Both the position numbers and the translations under genes were made by a program. Below the pieces are notes generated by a model. That model made no database searches. It was not told the DNA's origin and saw only the letters and a list, made by a program, of their open reading frames with translations. From NCBI GenBank assembly GCA_019310385.1, contig JAFDEK010000001.1:66997-130996 (forward strand): a DNA stretch of 64,000 nt, in the 5' to 3' direction. This document shows, one piece after another, positions 1 through 8,418 of the stretch. Origin of the DNA: Deltaproteobacteria bacterium. Lineage in GTDB: Bacteria > Myxococcota_A > UBA9160 > UBA4427. How positions within the stretch are numbered: position 1 is the first letter of the stretch; each line of letters starts with the position of its first letter.

Positions 1-1296
1 GGGGTCGACAACGGCGGCTACCAGTTCGCCCTCGATTACCGCGGCGCGCCGAGCACCTTCGCCCAGGCGGGCTTCGGCGAGCTGCTCGCGGGCGAGGCCG
101 CTCCGGAGACCTTTCGCGATCGCATCGTCCTGATCGGTGTAGCGGCCGAGAGCCTCACGGACCGCTTTCACATCCCCTTCCGCGCCGGAGACCACGCCGG
201 CCTCGGGATTCCCGGGGCCGAGCTCCACGGCCGCATCGCGGATCAGATCATCCGTGTCGCGCGTGGCGAGACGGCGCCCCTGCGCTCACCGAGCGGCTGG
301 CTGAACGCCCTGCTCGTGATCGCAAGCGCGGCCCTCGGCGCCGGGTTGATCTTGTGGATGCGGACCGGTTGGGGCCTCATCCTGCTCGGAATCGCAGGGC
401 TCTCCGCCTTCTGGACCACCGGATGGCTGGCGCTCCAGGGAGGTTGGTGGACTCCGGTGCTGCCTCCCGCCCTGGCCTGGACCGCCACGCTCTCGGCCGT
501 CGCGATCTACAGCAGGGTCCGCGAGCACGCCGAGCGCAACGAGCTCATGCACCTCTTTTCCCGCCACGTCACCAAGCAGGTGGCGGAGAACGTGTGGCTA
601 CACCGCGACGAGTTCCTCGAGGGAGGGCGGCCGCGCCCGGTCCGTCTCACCGCCACCATTCTCTTCCTGGACGTCAAGGGCTACACGAGCAACGTGGAGA
701 AGATGGATCCAGCCGAGCTCATGGAGTGGATCGACGCCTTCCTCGGGGCCATGGCGCGGGAGGTTCTCGACCATGGCGGAATGGTGGAGGACTACTTCGG
801 GGACGGCATGATGGCATGCTATGGTATTCCCATCCCGCGCCACGACCAGGAGGGCATCCGGGAGGACGCGCAGAGCGCCGTAGCATCCGCCCTCGCCATG
901 GAGAGCACCCTGCGCGGGCTCAACGCCCAGTGGCACCGCGAGGGCCGCCCGAGCGTCGGGATACGCGTCGGCATCTGCACTGGGGCGGTCGTGGCCGGCA
1001 GCATGGGAAGCGCAGATCGGCTGAAGTACGGAGTCGTGGGAGATGCCGTCGTGACCGCCCAGCGACTCGAGAGCCTCGGCACCGATCGCATCGAGCACGA
1101 CTTCGACGAGCAACCTTCGCGCATCTTGATCAGCGAGGAGACCTGCAAACTCCTCGACGTGGGCTTCGAGACGGAGAGCGTGGGTGCCTTCGTCGTGAAA
1201 GGCAAGAACGAACCGGTGACCGTTCACCGGGTGATCGGGGCCGCGGCGTCGGCTACGGCGCCCGGATCTCGAAAATTGGGAGGACCATTGCCATGA
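1..1296 (+). CDS. CHASE2-type sensor fused to class III adenylate/guanylate cyclase (5' end outside window)
   Basis: Frame 1 is open from nt 1 and joins the listed 316..1296 ORF. An extracytoplasmic-domain tail (RIVLIGVAAESLTDRFHIPF) is followed by three hydrophobic helices. The cyclase catalytic motifs follow: ILFLDVKGYTS, GDGMMACYG, IRVGICTGAVVAGSMGS, YGVVGDAVVTAQRLES. Confidence 0.85.
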   Translation, partial: GVDNGGYQFALDYRGAPSTFAQAGFGELLAGEAAPETFRDRIVLIGVAAESLTDRFHIPFRAGDHAGLGIPGAELHGRIADQIIRVARGETAPLRSPSGWLNALLVIASAALGAGLILWMRTGWGLILLGIAGLSAFWTTGWLALQGGWWTPVLPPALAWTATLSAVAIYSRVREHAERNELMHLFSRHVTKQVAENVWLHRDEFLEGGRPRPVRLTATILFLDVKGYTSNVEKMDPAELMEWIDAFLGAMAREVLDHGGMVEDYFGDGMMACYGIPIPRHDQEGIREDAQSAVASALAMESTLRGLNAQWHREGRPSVGIRVGICTGAVVAGSMGSADRLKYGVVGDAVVTAQRLESLGTDRIEHDFDEQPSRILISEETCKLLDVGFETESVGAFVVKGKNEPVTVHRVIGAAASATAPGSRKLGGPLP

Positions 1297-2072
1297 ATCT
1301 GTCGAAAATCGTCTGGCTGCCGCTCGTGATTCTGCTCGCGGCATTCATCGTGAACGCAAACGAGCCCGACAAGGCGGAGCAGAAGCCTTCGAAGGCCCGG
1401 ACGGAGCAGGTCTCCGCCGAGGCGGCAGCGCCGGTGGCCACGCGGCCGCCGGCAAAGCCTGCCCGGGTGCTCTACAGGCCGCCGAAGATGGGAAAGCCGG
1501 CCCGCACCGTGGGCGGGGGCTCCCGCGGCACGCCGAACAAGGTGCCGAAGCTCTACGTGGTGGCCCCGGCCCACGTCGGTCAGACCACCTCGACCGAGCC
1601 CTCGCTCTACTGGTACGTCGATCGCGTACCCGACGAGTCGATCCGGATCGAATTCACGGTCCTCGACGAGGAGAGCATCGAGCCCCGGGTGGAGACCACC
1701 CTGGAAACGCCCCGCGTGGCCGGCGTCCAGCGGATCCGTCTATCGGACTACGGCCTCGAGCTCGTCGCCGACACCGAGTACCAGTGGTCCGTCGCGCTCG
1801 TCCTGGACCCGGACGAGCGTTCGAAGGACATCGTCGCCAGCGGCTGGATCGACCACGTCGCAGCCTCGACGCAGCTCGCAACACGCCTGGAGCAGGGCGG
1901 GCAAGCGCAGATCGCCTCGGTGTATGCCGAAGAGGGGATCTGGTACGACGCATTCTCGGCCCTGAGCGAGGAGATCGACCGCCACCCCGAGGACGGGGAG
2001 CTGCTCGATCAGCGTGCCGACCTGCTGCGCCAGGTGGGCCTCGAGGAAGCGGCGGGGGGGGCCTCCGAGTAG
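1293..2072 (+). CDS. DUF928-family secreted protein
   Basis: The ATG at 1293 overlaps the cyclase stop (ATGA). Signal peptide MNLSKIVWLPLVILLAAFIVNA. The motifs GGGSRG and PSLYWYV, followed by EYQWSVALVL, are the pattern I recall for DUF928. Only the C-terminal 259 codons of the listed 354..2072 ORF look coding. Confidence 0.7.
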   Translation: MNLSKIVWLPLVILLAAFIVNANEPDKAEQKPSKARTEQVSAEAAAPVATRPPAKPARVLYRPPKMGKPARTVGGGSRGTPNKVPKLYVVAPAHVGQTTSTEPSLYWYVDRVPDESIRIEFTVLDEESIEPRVETTLETPRVAGVQRIRLSDYGLELVADTEYQWSVALVLDPDERSKDIVASGWIDHVAASTQLATRLEQGGQAQIASVYAEEGIWYDAFSALSEEIDRHPEDGELLDQRADLLRQVGLEEAAGGASE

Positions 2073-2089
2073 CGCGACCTCGATTCGAC

Positions 2090-3709
2090 ATGGCCTTTCC
2101 GGACTTCGAAGCAACCGCGCCGGTCTTTGCGCGCACGCTGGCCGAACGCTTCGGGGCACGCGAGCTCATCGTGACCCACGATCGGCGCATGACCTACGCC
2201 GAGGCCGAGACGCGCTCCGCCCACATGGCGCGCGGCCTCCTGGCCGAGGGGGTTGGAAAGGGCTCGCGGGTCGCGCTCCTCATGCCCAACGGCCCGGACT
2301 GGATCGTGACGTGGCTCGCCATCACGCGGATCGGCGCCATCGCGGTGCCCCTCAACACCTTCTTCCGCTTCCGCGAGCTCGAGTGGGTCCTGCACCACGC
2401 CGACGTGCAGCATCTCCTCGCCGTCTCGGGCTTCCTCAGCCACGACTACCGCGAGCGCCTGGAGGAAGCCGCGCCGGCGCTCGCCCATGCGAGCGCCGCG
2501 ACGCCCCTGCGCCTTCCCAACCTCCCCTGTCTTCGCTCGATTCACCTGCTGGGCGAATGCGACCGCCCCTGGGCGAAGCCCGCCGAGGCCCTGCAAGCCT
2601 CCACGGTCGACGCTGCCCTTCTGGCGGCGGTAGAGGCCTCCGTCACGCCCGCCGACGCCATGATGATCCTCTACAGCTCGGGCAGCACGGCCGATCCCAA
2701 GGGCGTCGTCCACACCCACGGCACGATCCTGCGCCACTCCCACAACCTCCTCGCCATGCGGGATATCGACGAAGACGACCGCGTCTGGTCGCCCATGCCC
2801 TTCTTCTGGGTCGGCGGCCTGGTGTACGCCTTTCTCGGCACCATGCACAGCGGCGCCTGTCTGCTCTGCGAAGAGGTCTTCGACCCCGAGAGCACTCTCG
2901 CCTTTATCGAAGGCGAGCGCGCGAGCGTCCTGCTCGGCTGGCCCCACTTCGGCAAGGCGCTGGCCGAGCATCCCAGCGCGTCGGAGCGCGACCTCGGCTG
3001 CCTGCGCAAGGGAAACATGCCCGACATCCTGCCCGCCTCGCTGGTGCCCGCCGATCCCGAGCTGCGCCCCAACGCCCTGGGGATGACCGAAACCTGCGGC
3101 CCGCACACCTGGTGCCGTGACGGGGCGCTTCCCGAAGCCCTGCGCGGCTCCTTCGGCAGCGCGGTCGCGGGCGTCGAGCACAAGGTCGTCGATCCCGAGA
3201 GCGGGGAGCGCCTGCCCCCCGGCGAGCTCGGCGAGATCTGCGTGCGCGGCTACAGCCTCATGCAGGGGCTCTACAAGGTCGAACGCGAGGAGGTCTTCGA
3301 CGACGAAGGCTTCTATCACACCGGCGACGGCGGCTACTTCGACCGCGGCGGCGTGCTCTACTTCAAGGGCCGGCTCGGTGACATGATCAAGACCGCCGGC
3401 GCCAACGTGACACCGAGCGAGATCGAGCAGGTGGTGGTTGCCTATCCCGAGGTGAAGGCCGCCTACGTGGTGGGGGTGCCCGACGAGGAGCGCGGCCAGA
3501 GCGTCGCCGCCGCCGTGGTGCTCGAGCCGGGCCAGATCACAGACCCCGGCGCGCTTCGAGCACGCCTCAAGCGCGAGATCTCCGCCTACAAGGTGCCCCG
3601 GCACATCTTCGTGCAAAGCGAGCACGAGCTTCCCTTCACCGATACCGGGAAGATCGACAAGCAGCGGCTGACCCTGCTCCTCAGCGAGCGCATCCAGGGT
3701 GGCGAATAG
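2090..3709 (+). CDS. AMP-dependent synthetase/ligase (acyl-CoA synthetase-like)
   Basis: Adenylate-forming core motifs: ILYSSGSTADPKGVVHTHG, YHTGDGGYFDRGGVLYFKGRLGDMIKTAGANV, and C-terminal TDTGKIDKQRL. The start is taken at ATG 2090 (MAFPDFEA), in frame with the listed ORF 1784..3709. Confidence 0.9.
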   Translation: MAFPDFEATAPVFARTLAERFGARELIVTHDRRMTYAEAETRSAHMARGLLAEGVGKGSRVALLMPNGPDWIVTWLAITRIGAIAVPLNTFFRFRELEWVLHHADVQHLLAVSGFLSHDYRERLEEAAPALAHASAATPLRLPNLPCLRSIHLLGECDRPWAKPAEALQASTVDAALLAAVEASVTPADAMMILYSSGSTADPKGVVHTHGTILRHSHNLLAMRDIDEDDRVWSPMPFFWVGGLVYAFLGTMHSGACLLCEEVFDPESTLAFIEGERASVLLGWPHFGKALAEHPSASERDLGCLRKGNMPDILPASLVPADPELRPNALGMTETCGPHTWCRDGALPEALRGSFGSAVAGVEHKVVDPESGERLPPGELGEICVRGYSLMQGLYKVEREEVFDDEGFYHTGDGGYFDRGGVLYFKGRLGDMIKTAGANVTPSEIEQVVVAYPEVKAAYVVGVPDEERGQSVAAAVVLEPGQITDPGALRARLKREISAYKVPRHIFVQSEHELPFTDTGKIDKQRLTLLLSERIQGGE

Positions 3710-3784
3710 CGCGGCGTAGAACGGCGAGGACAACAACTCAGCCATTTCCCGCGGGGTGTTTACCTAAGTCGATTCTCTGTTGCT

Positions 3785-3808
3785 TTTCTACCTGCGCGCA
3801 GGTAGAAA
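3785..3808. promoter_or_regulatory. Perfect 24-nt palindrome, candidate TetR operator
   Basis: TTTCTACCTGCG|CGCAGGTAGAAA, 12-nt arms with no mismatch, ending 6 nt before the TetR ATG at 3815. TetR-family repressors typically bind palindromes overlapping their own promoter or 5'UTR. Confidence 0.5.
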
Positions 3809-3814
3809 GATTCC

Positions 3815-4471
3815 ATGGCCCAGGCGAGCCCCCAGCCCACCCGGCGCGCCCAGAGAACCCGCAGGGTGCTCCTCGAAGAGGCCGAGCGCCTCTTCGCCGA
3901 GAATGGCTTCGAGGCCACGCGCCTCGAGGACGTCGCGACCGCGGTCGGGATCCGTCGGGCCTCCATCGTCTACCACTTCAAGGACAAGCGCGAGCTCTAC
4001 GACGCGGTCCTGGCCGACGTCTTCAGCGCCTACCACGCCGAGCTGGCCAGCATCTTCGACACGCCGGGCCCCCTGCGCGAACGCATCGAAGACGCCGTGC
4101 GGGCCTGGGTGGACTTCGTCTTTCGCAGGCCGAGTCTCGCGCGCATCCTGCTGCGCGAGATTGCCAACGCGGGCCCCGCCGGCAGTCCCGCGGTGCGAAC
4201 CCACATCCAGCCCTTCTGGAAGCTCATCCAGCGCTTCATCGAAGAGAACAAGGCCCACGAGGGCAGCACCGCGATCCCCATCGACGCGGTCTACATCGCC
4301 GGCGCCATTGCGGGCTGCACCGTGTTCTTCGTCACCACCATCCCCAGTGTGGCGCCCGAGCTGGGCTTCGCACCCGAAGACCAGGAGAGCCTGGAGCGGC
4401 ATCGCGACGAAGTGCTGCGCCTCACGCGTCTGCTCCTCGGAGTCGAGGAGCACAGTGAATCAGGCGGCTGA
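3815..4471 (+). CDS. TetR/AcrR-family transcriptional regulator
   Basis: N-terminal HTH signature RTRRVLLEEAERLFAENGFEATRLEDVATAVGIRRASIVYHFKDKRELY. Length of 218 aa fits the family. Confidence 0.9.
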   Translation: MAQASPQPTRRAQRTRRVLLEEAERLFAENGFEATRLEDVATAVGIRRASIVYHFKDKRELYDAVLADVFSAYHAELASIFDTPGPLRERIEDAVRAWVDFVFRRPSLARILLREIANAGPAGSPAVRTHIQPFWKLIQRFIEENKAHEGSTAIPIDAVYIAGAIAGCTVFFVTTIPSVAPELGFAPEDQESLERHRDEVLRLTRLLLGVEEHSESGG

Positions 4472-4519
4472 AAGCGCGCGGCGAGGGGCCACCGGCCGCG
4501 AGAGCGGGAGAACACATCA

Positions 4520-7500
4520 ATGAGTCGGCGTCTGCTCATGGGACTCGACGTGGGGGGAGGCAGCGGCCGCAGCCTCCTGGTCGACATCGACACCGGCGCG
4601 GCGTCGAGCGCCTCCCGGCCCTGGCGCTTCGCGACCGCCCCGGGCACCGCGGGGCTCGGCGCGGACCTCGATCTCGACCTCATCTGGAGCTGCCTCGCCG
4701 AGGCGAGCCGCGAAGTGCTCGCCAGGGCGAATGCGTCAGCCAGCGAGGTGAAGGGCGTCGCCGCCACGAGCCTGCGTCTCGGCTCGGTGGTACTCGACCG
4801 CGAAGGCGCGCCGCTGCTCGCGGTACCCAATCGCGACGCTCGTGCGGCCGAGCCGGGCCTCCTCATGGCCATGAACCACGGCGATCGCATCTACTCCCGC
4901 ATGGGACGCTGGCCCTACCCCGTCTTCTCCGCCGCGCGGCTGCAGTGGCTCTCCGAGAACGACCCGACCCGCATGCAGCGCGCATCCCACTTCCTCAGCA
5001 TCAGCGACTGGGTGACCTACAAGCTCTGCGGCGCTCCCGTCGCCGAGCCCTCCCAGGCGGGGGAGTCCCTGCTCTTCGACCTTACGAGCCGAGAGTGGGC
5101 CTGGGACTGGATCGAGGAGCTCGGCCTCTCACGCGAGCTCTTTCCGGCAGTCCAGGAGTGCGGCTCCCAGGCCGGGCCCCTCGCCAGCGGGGCGGCGGCG
5201 GACCTGGGGCTGAGCCCCGGCACGCCCGTCGGCGTGGGCGGAGCCGACACCCAGTGCGGACTCCTCGGCGTAGCCGCCGTGGACCCGGGCGACGTGGCGA
5301 TCATCGCCGGCACGACGGCACCGGTGCAGGTCGTCGTCCCCGAGCCAGTGATCGATCCCGCCCAGCGCCTGTGGTCGGGCCATCACGTAGTGCCGGGTCG
5401 CTGGATCCTCGAGAGCAACGCCGGCCCGGTGGGCGAGCTCCTCGAGTGGCTCGGACGACTCCTCTTCCCCGAGGCTCCAGAGCCCGTCGTGCGCTTTCTC
5501 GCCGAGGCCTCGCTCTCGACCCCCGGCGCTCGCGGCCTGCTCTCGACCACGGGCGCCAGGGTGATGAACGCCAAGGACATGAATCTCGCCATGGGAGCCC
5601 TCAGCCTTTCCCACCTGACCAGCGATCTCGATCCCGCGCCGCGCCGTCACTTGCTGCGGGCCGTCGTGGAGGGAATGGCCTGTGCGCTGCGCGCCAACCT
5701 CGAGCAGCTGCGGGACGCGGCGGGCCTCCCCTTGGGCGGGATGCGACTGGGCGGCGGACTGAGCCGCAGCGGCAGCTTCTCCCAGATCCTCGCCGATGTC
5801 CTCGACGCACCCATCGAGGTCGATGCCAGTCACCAGGCCAGCGCCCTGGGAGCCGCCATGTGCGCCGGCGTGGCCGCTGGGATCTACCCGGACCTGCCGA
5901 CGGCCTCTCGCTCCCTGGTCGAGCTGGACAAGCGGGTGACGCCGGTCCCCGAGAACGCGGCCCTCTCGCAGACGGTCTACGAGAGCTGGAGCCAGCTACA
6001 CGCGGCCCAGGAACAGGCCAATACAACCGCGGCGAATCTCTTCATGCCCTGGTACCTCGGGCGCGCCGCAGCGGACACGCGTTCGGCTGCGCCGCGCCAC
6101 CGCCCGCGCGTCCTCGTCACCGCGGACTTCGACGCCGACTCCCTGGGCGTCCTCGAGTCCCTGGGCGAGGTCGAGTACGCGAGCTTCCGCGAGCAGAAGC
6201 GAATGCTCTCGGGCACCGCCCTGGTCGAGGCCCTGGGCGGCTTCGATGTGTTCGTGACCGAAGTCGATCTCGTCGACGCGGCCTCCCTCGAGGCGCTGCC
6301 CGACCTCCGCGTGGTGTTCGCCTGCCGGGGCGACGCCGTGAACGTGGACGTCGCGGCCTGCACGGCTCACGGAATCCCGCTGCTCCATGCTCCCGGGCGC
6401 AACGCCGACGCTGTCGCGGATCTCACCCTCACCTACCTGCTGATGCTCTCGCGCCGCTTTCCCGAGGCGGGGGAGTTCCTGCGCCAGCCGGGCATCGAGG
6501 CCGGCGACATGGGACGCATGGGGCAGGCTTTCTCGACCCTGCAAGGCCGGGAGCTATGGCACAAGACCGTCGGCCTGGTGGGGCTCGGTGCCGTGGGGCG
6601 CGGAGTGGCCCGCCGCCTCGGAGCCTTCGGTGCCCGGGTGCTCGTGAGCGACCCCTTCGTGAGCGAGGAACAGGCCGCACTGGTCGGGGCGCGCAGCGTC
6701 GGCCTCGACGAGCTGCTGAGCCAGAGCGATTTCGTCAGCTTGCACGCCTCGGTGACCCCCGAGACGAGCGGGATGATCGGCGCCGCCCAGCTCGCGCGCA
6801 TGAAGCCCTCGGCCTGTCTGATCAATACGGCGCGAGCGGCCCTCACTCACGAAGAAGAGTTGGTCGCGGCACTGAGCAAGGGGACCATCGCGGCCGCCGC
6901 CCTCGACACCTTCAGCGTCGAGCCTCCCGGATCCGATCACCCGCTCTTCGAGCTCACCAACGTGATCGCGACCCCCCACATCGGAGGCAATACCCGCGAG
7001 GTGTCGGATCACCAGGGCCGCATCGTCGTTGCAGAGCTCGAGCGCTTGCTGGACGGCGAGCCCGCCGCCCACGTCCTCAACCGCCAGGTGCTCCCGGATT
7101 TCGACTGGGCCACGCCCCGGCCACGGCCCAGCGCCGAGCAGCTCGAAGCCCTGCGCACTGCCCCTGCACCGGCGGTGAGCGATCTGCAGAAGAAGCCCGA
7201 GAGCCCTGCCGAGGCGCGGCCGGGCGCCGCTCGAGCGGCCCTCGAAGCCGCTCCCGGCGTGCCGCCGGAGCTGCGCGAGCGCATGGAGGCCATTCTGCAG
7301 AGCTTCGTGGCCCGCATCGCCGGCGACGAGAAGCTGCGGGACGCCTCGCTGGGCAAGCAGGTCGCGCTCCACTTCACCCTCACGGAGCTGGGCCTCGAGT
7401 TCCACTTCGTCCTCGCGGACGGCGAGGTGATGGCCGAGCTCGGTGCGCCGCCCGAGCCGGCGGACGTACAGCTGCGCATGCGAAGCGAGATTCTCGACGG

Positions 7501-8353
7501 CATGTTCACCGGCCGCGGCAATCCCATGGAAGCTGCCATGCAGGGACGCCTCTCCTTCACGGGCGACACGGGCAAGGCCATGGCGCTACAGGAGCTCGAC
7601 GGCGATCTGCGTCGCCTCTACATGGCCGCGCGGGAGGCGGTTGGCGACCCGGGCGACCTCGCCGCCCTGCCCGACCCGGGCCAGAGCCCGGGTGCCCCGG
7701 CGCGCCCCTCGCCCGGCGGTCCCGGCGATCTTCGCCAGGAGCTCGTCGAAATCGTGCGCGAGCTCTACGAGGCGGAGGTGATCACCGCCACCGGGGGCAA
7801 CGTCAGCGCGCGCGCCACCGACGACGACAGCCTCTGGATCACTCCGAGCCAGCTCTTCAAAGGGGATCTCTCGCCCGAGGTCCTGGTGCCCATCGACCTG
7901 GATGGCCAAGCACTGGATCCCGGCGCCCGCTCGCCCTCGAGCGAGTGGAGCGTGCACTGTGCGGTGTATCGCGCCAAGCCCCAGGCCAAAGCGGTTATCC
8001 ACGCCCACGCGCCAAACGCCACCATTCTCGCCAACGCGGGCCTGCCCTTCTTGCCGATCTCCACCGAGGCGGCCTTCTTCGGCGAGCTTCCCCGGGTTCC
8101 CTTCATCATGCCGGGCACCCGCGATCTCGCCGACGCCGTGGGCGAGGCCATCGGCGACGGCTGGGCCGTGCTCATGACCAACCACGGCATCATCGTCGCC
8201 GGCCGCAGCCTGCGACGGGCGGCCGACATGGTGGAGATCATCGAACGCTCGGCCCAGGTGATCGTCGGCTGCTACGCCGTGGGCAAGCCGCCTTCGGTGC
8301 TCCCGGATGAGATCATCGACACCCTACGCAAGATGGGCGACCTGATCGCCTGA
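4520..8353 (+). CDS. Four-module fusion protein: FGGY carbohydrate kinase, D-isomer-specific 2-hydroxyacid dehydrogenase, SCP2-like domain, class II aldolase/adducin domain
   Basis: One uninterrupted 1277-codon frame preceded by GGGAGA 8 nt before the ATG.
- Kinase: LMGLDVGGGSGR, GGADTQCGLLG, GGLSRSGSFSQILADVL.
- Dehydrogenase: GLVGLGAVGRGVARRLGAFGARVLVSD, NTARAAL, DTFSVEPP, TPHIGGNT.
- SCP2-like: LRMRSEILDGMFTGRGNPMEAAMQGRLSFTGDTGKAMAL.
- Aldolase_II: TATGGNVSAR, PSSEWSVHCAVY, IHAHAP, TNHGIIVAG. Confidence 0.85.
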   Translation: MSRRLLMGLDVGGGSGRSLLVDIDTGAASSASRPWRFATAPGTAGLGADLDLDLIWSCLAEASREVLARANASASEVKGVAATSLRLGSVVLDREGAPLLAVPNRDARAAEPGLLMAMNHGDRIYSRMGRWPYPVFSAARLQWLSENDPTRMQRASHFLSISDWVTYKLCGAPVAEPSQAGESLLFDLTSREWAWDWIEELGLSRELFPAVQECGSQAGPLASGAAADLGLSPGTPVGVGGADTQCGLLGVAAVDPGDVAIIAGTTAPVQVVVPEPVIDPAQRLWSGHHVVPGRWILESNAGPVGELLEWLGRLLFPEAPEPVVRFLAEASLSTPGARGLLSTTGARVMNAKDMNLAMGALSLSHLTSDLDPAPRRHLLRAVVEGMACALRANLEQLRDAAGLPLGGMRLGGGLSRSGSFSQILADVLDAPIEVDASHQASALGAAMCAGVAAGIYPDLPTASRSLVELDKRVTPVPENAALSQTVYESWSQLHAAQEQANTTAANLFMPWYLGRAAADTRSAAPRHRPRVLVTADFDADSLGVLESLGEVEYASFREQKRMLSGTALVEALGGFDVFVTEVDLVDAASLEALPDLRVVFACRGDAVNVDVAACTAHGIPLLHAPGRNADAVADLTLTYLLMLSRRFPEAGEFLRQPGIEAGDMGRMGQAFSTLQGRELWHKTVGLVGLGAVGRGVARRLGAFGARVLVSDPFVSEEQAALVGARSVGLDELLSQSDFVSLHASVTPETSGMIGAAQLARMKPSACLINTARAALTHEEELVAALSKGTIAAAALDTFSVEPPGSDHPLFELTNVIATPHIGGNTREVSDHQGRIVVAELERLLDGEPAAHVLNRQVLPDFDWATPRPRPSAEQLEALRTAPAPAVSDLQKKPESPAEARPGAARAALEAAPGVPPELRERMEAILQSFVARIAGDEKLRDASLGKQVALHFTLTELGLEFHFVLADGEVMAELGAPPEPADVQLRMRSEILDGMFTGRGNPMEAAMQGRLSFTGDTGKAMALQELDGDLRRLYMAAREAVGDPGDLAALPDPGQSPGAPARPSPGGPGDLRQELVEIVRELYEAEVITATGGNVSARATDDDSLWITPSQLFKGDLSPEVLVPIDLDGQALDPGARSPSSEWSVHCAVYRAKPQAKAVIHAHAPNATILANAGLPFLPISTEAAFFGELPRVPFIMPGTRDLADAVGEAIGDGWAVLMTNHGIIVAGRSLRRAADMVEIIERSAQVIVGCYAVGKPPSVLPDEIIDTLRKMGDLIA

Positions 8354-8377
8354 AGCTCGAGATCGCCTGAAGCTCGA
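8344..8377. repeat. Perfect 2 x 17-nt tandem duplication straddling the fusion-gene stop codon
   Basis: GATCGCCTGAAGCTCGA occurs at 8344-8360 and again at 8361-8377. The first copy contains the TGA at 8351-8353. Confidence 0.9.
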
Positions 8378-8418
8378 GACAGGCGACCGGATCGTCCAAT
8401 GCGCGCGAGGGGCCGCGC

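Noticed and set aside
354-1292. N-terminal 313 codons of the listed 572-aa ORF 354..2072.
   Set aside because: This part is an out-of-frame overlap of the cyclase gene with Arg/Pro-rich nonsense. The DUF928-like protein with its signal peptide begins at ATG 1293.
4945-8310. Very long alternative-frame or antisense ORFs. Examples: 4945..8310 (+, 1121 aa), 2009..3745 (-), 11682..14969 (+, 1095 aa), 39813..42329 (+), 55298..58072 (+), 17868..19439 (+).
   Set aside because: Their translations are Arg/Pro/Gly/Ala-dominated with no recognisable motifs. Each overlaps a frame that carries clear family signatures. This is the expected artefact of stop-codon-poor, GC-rich DNA.
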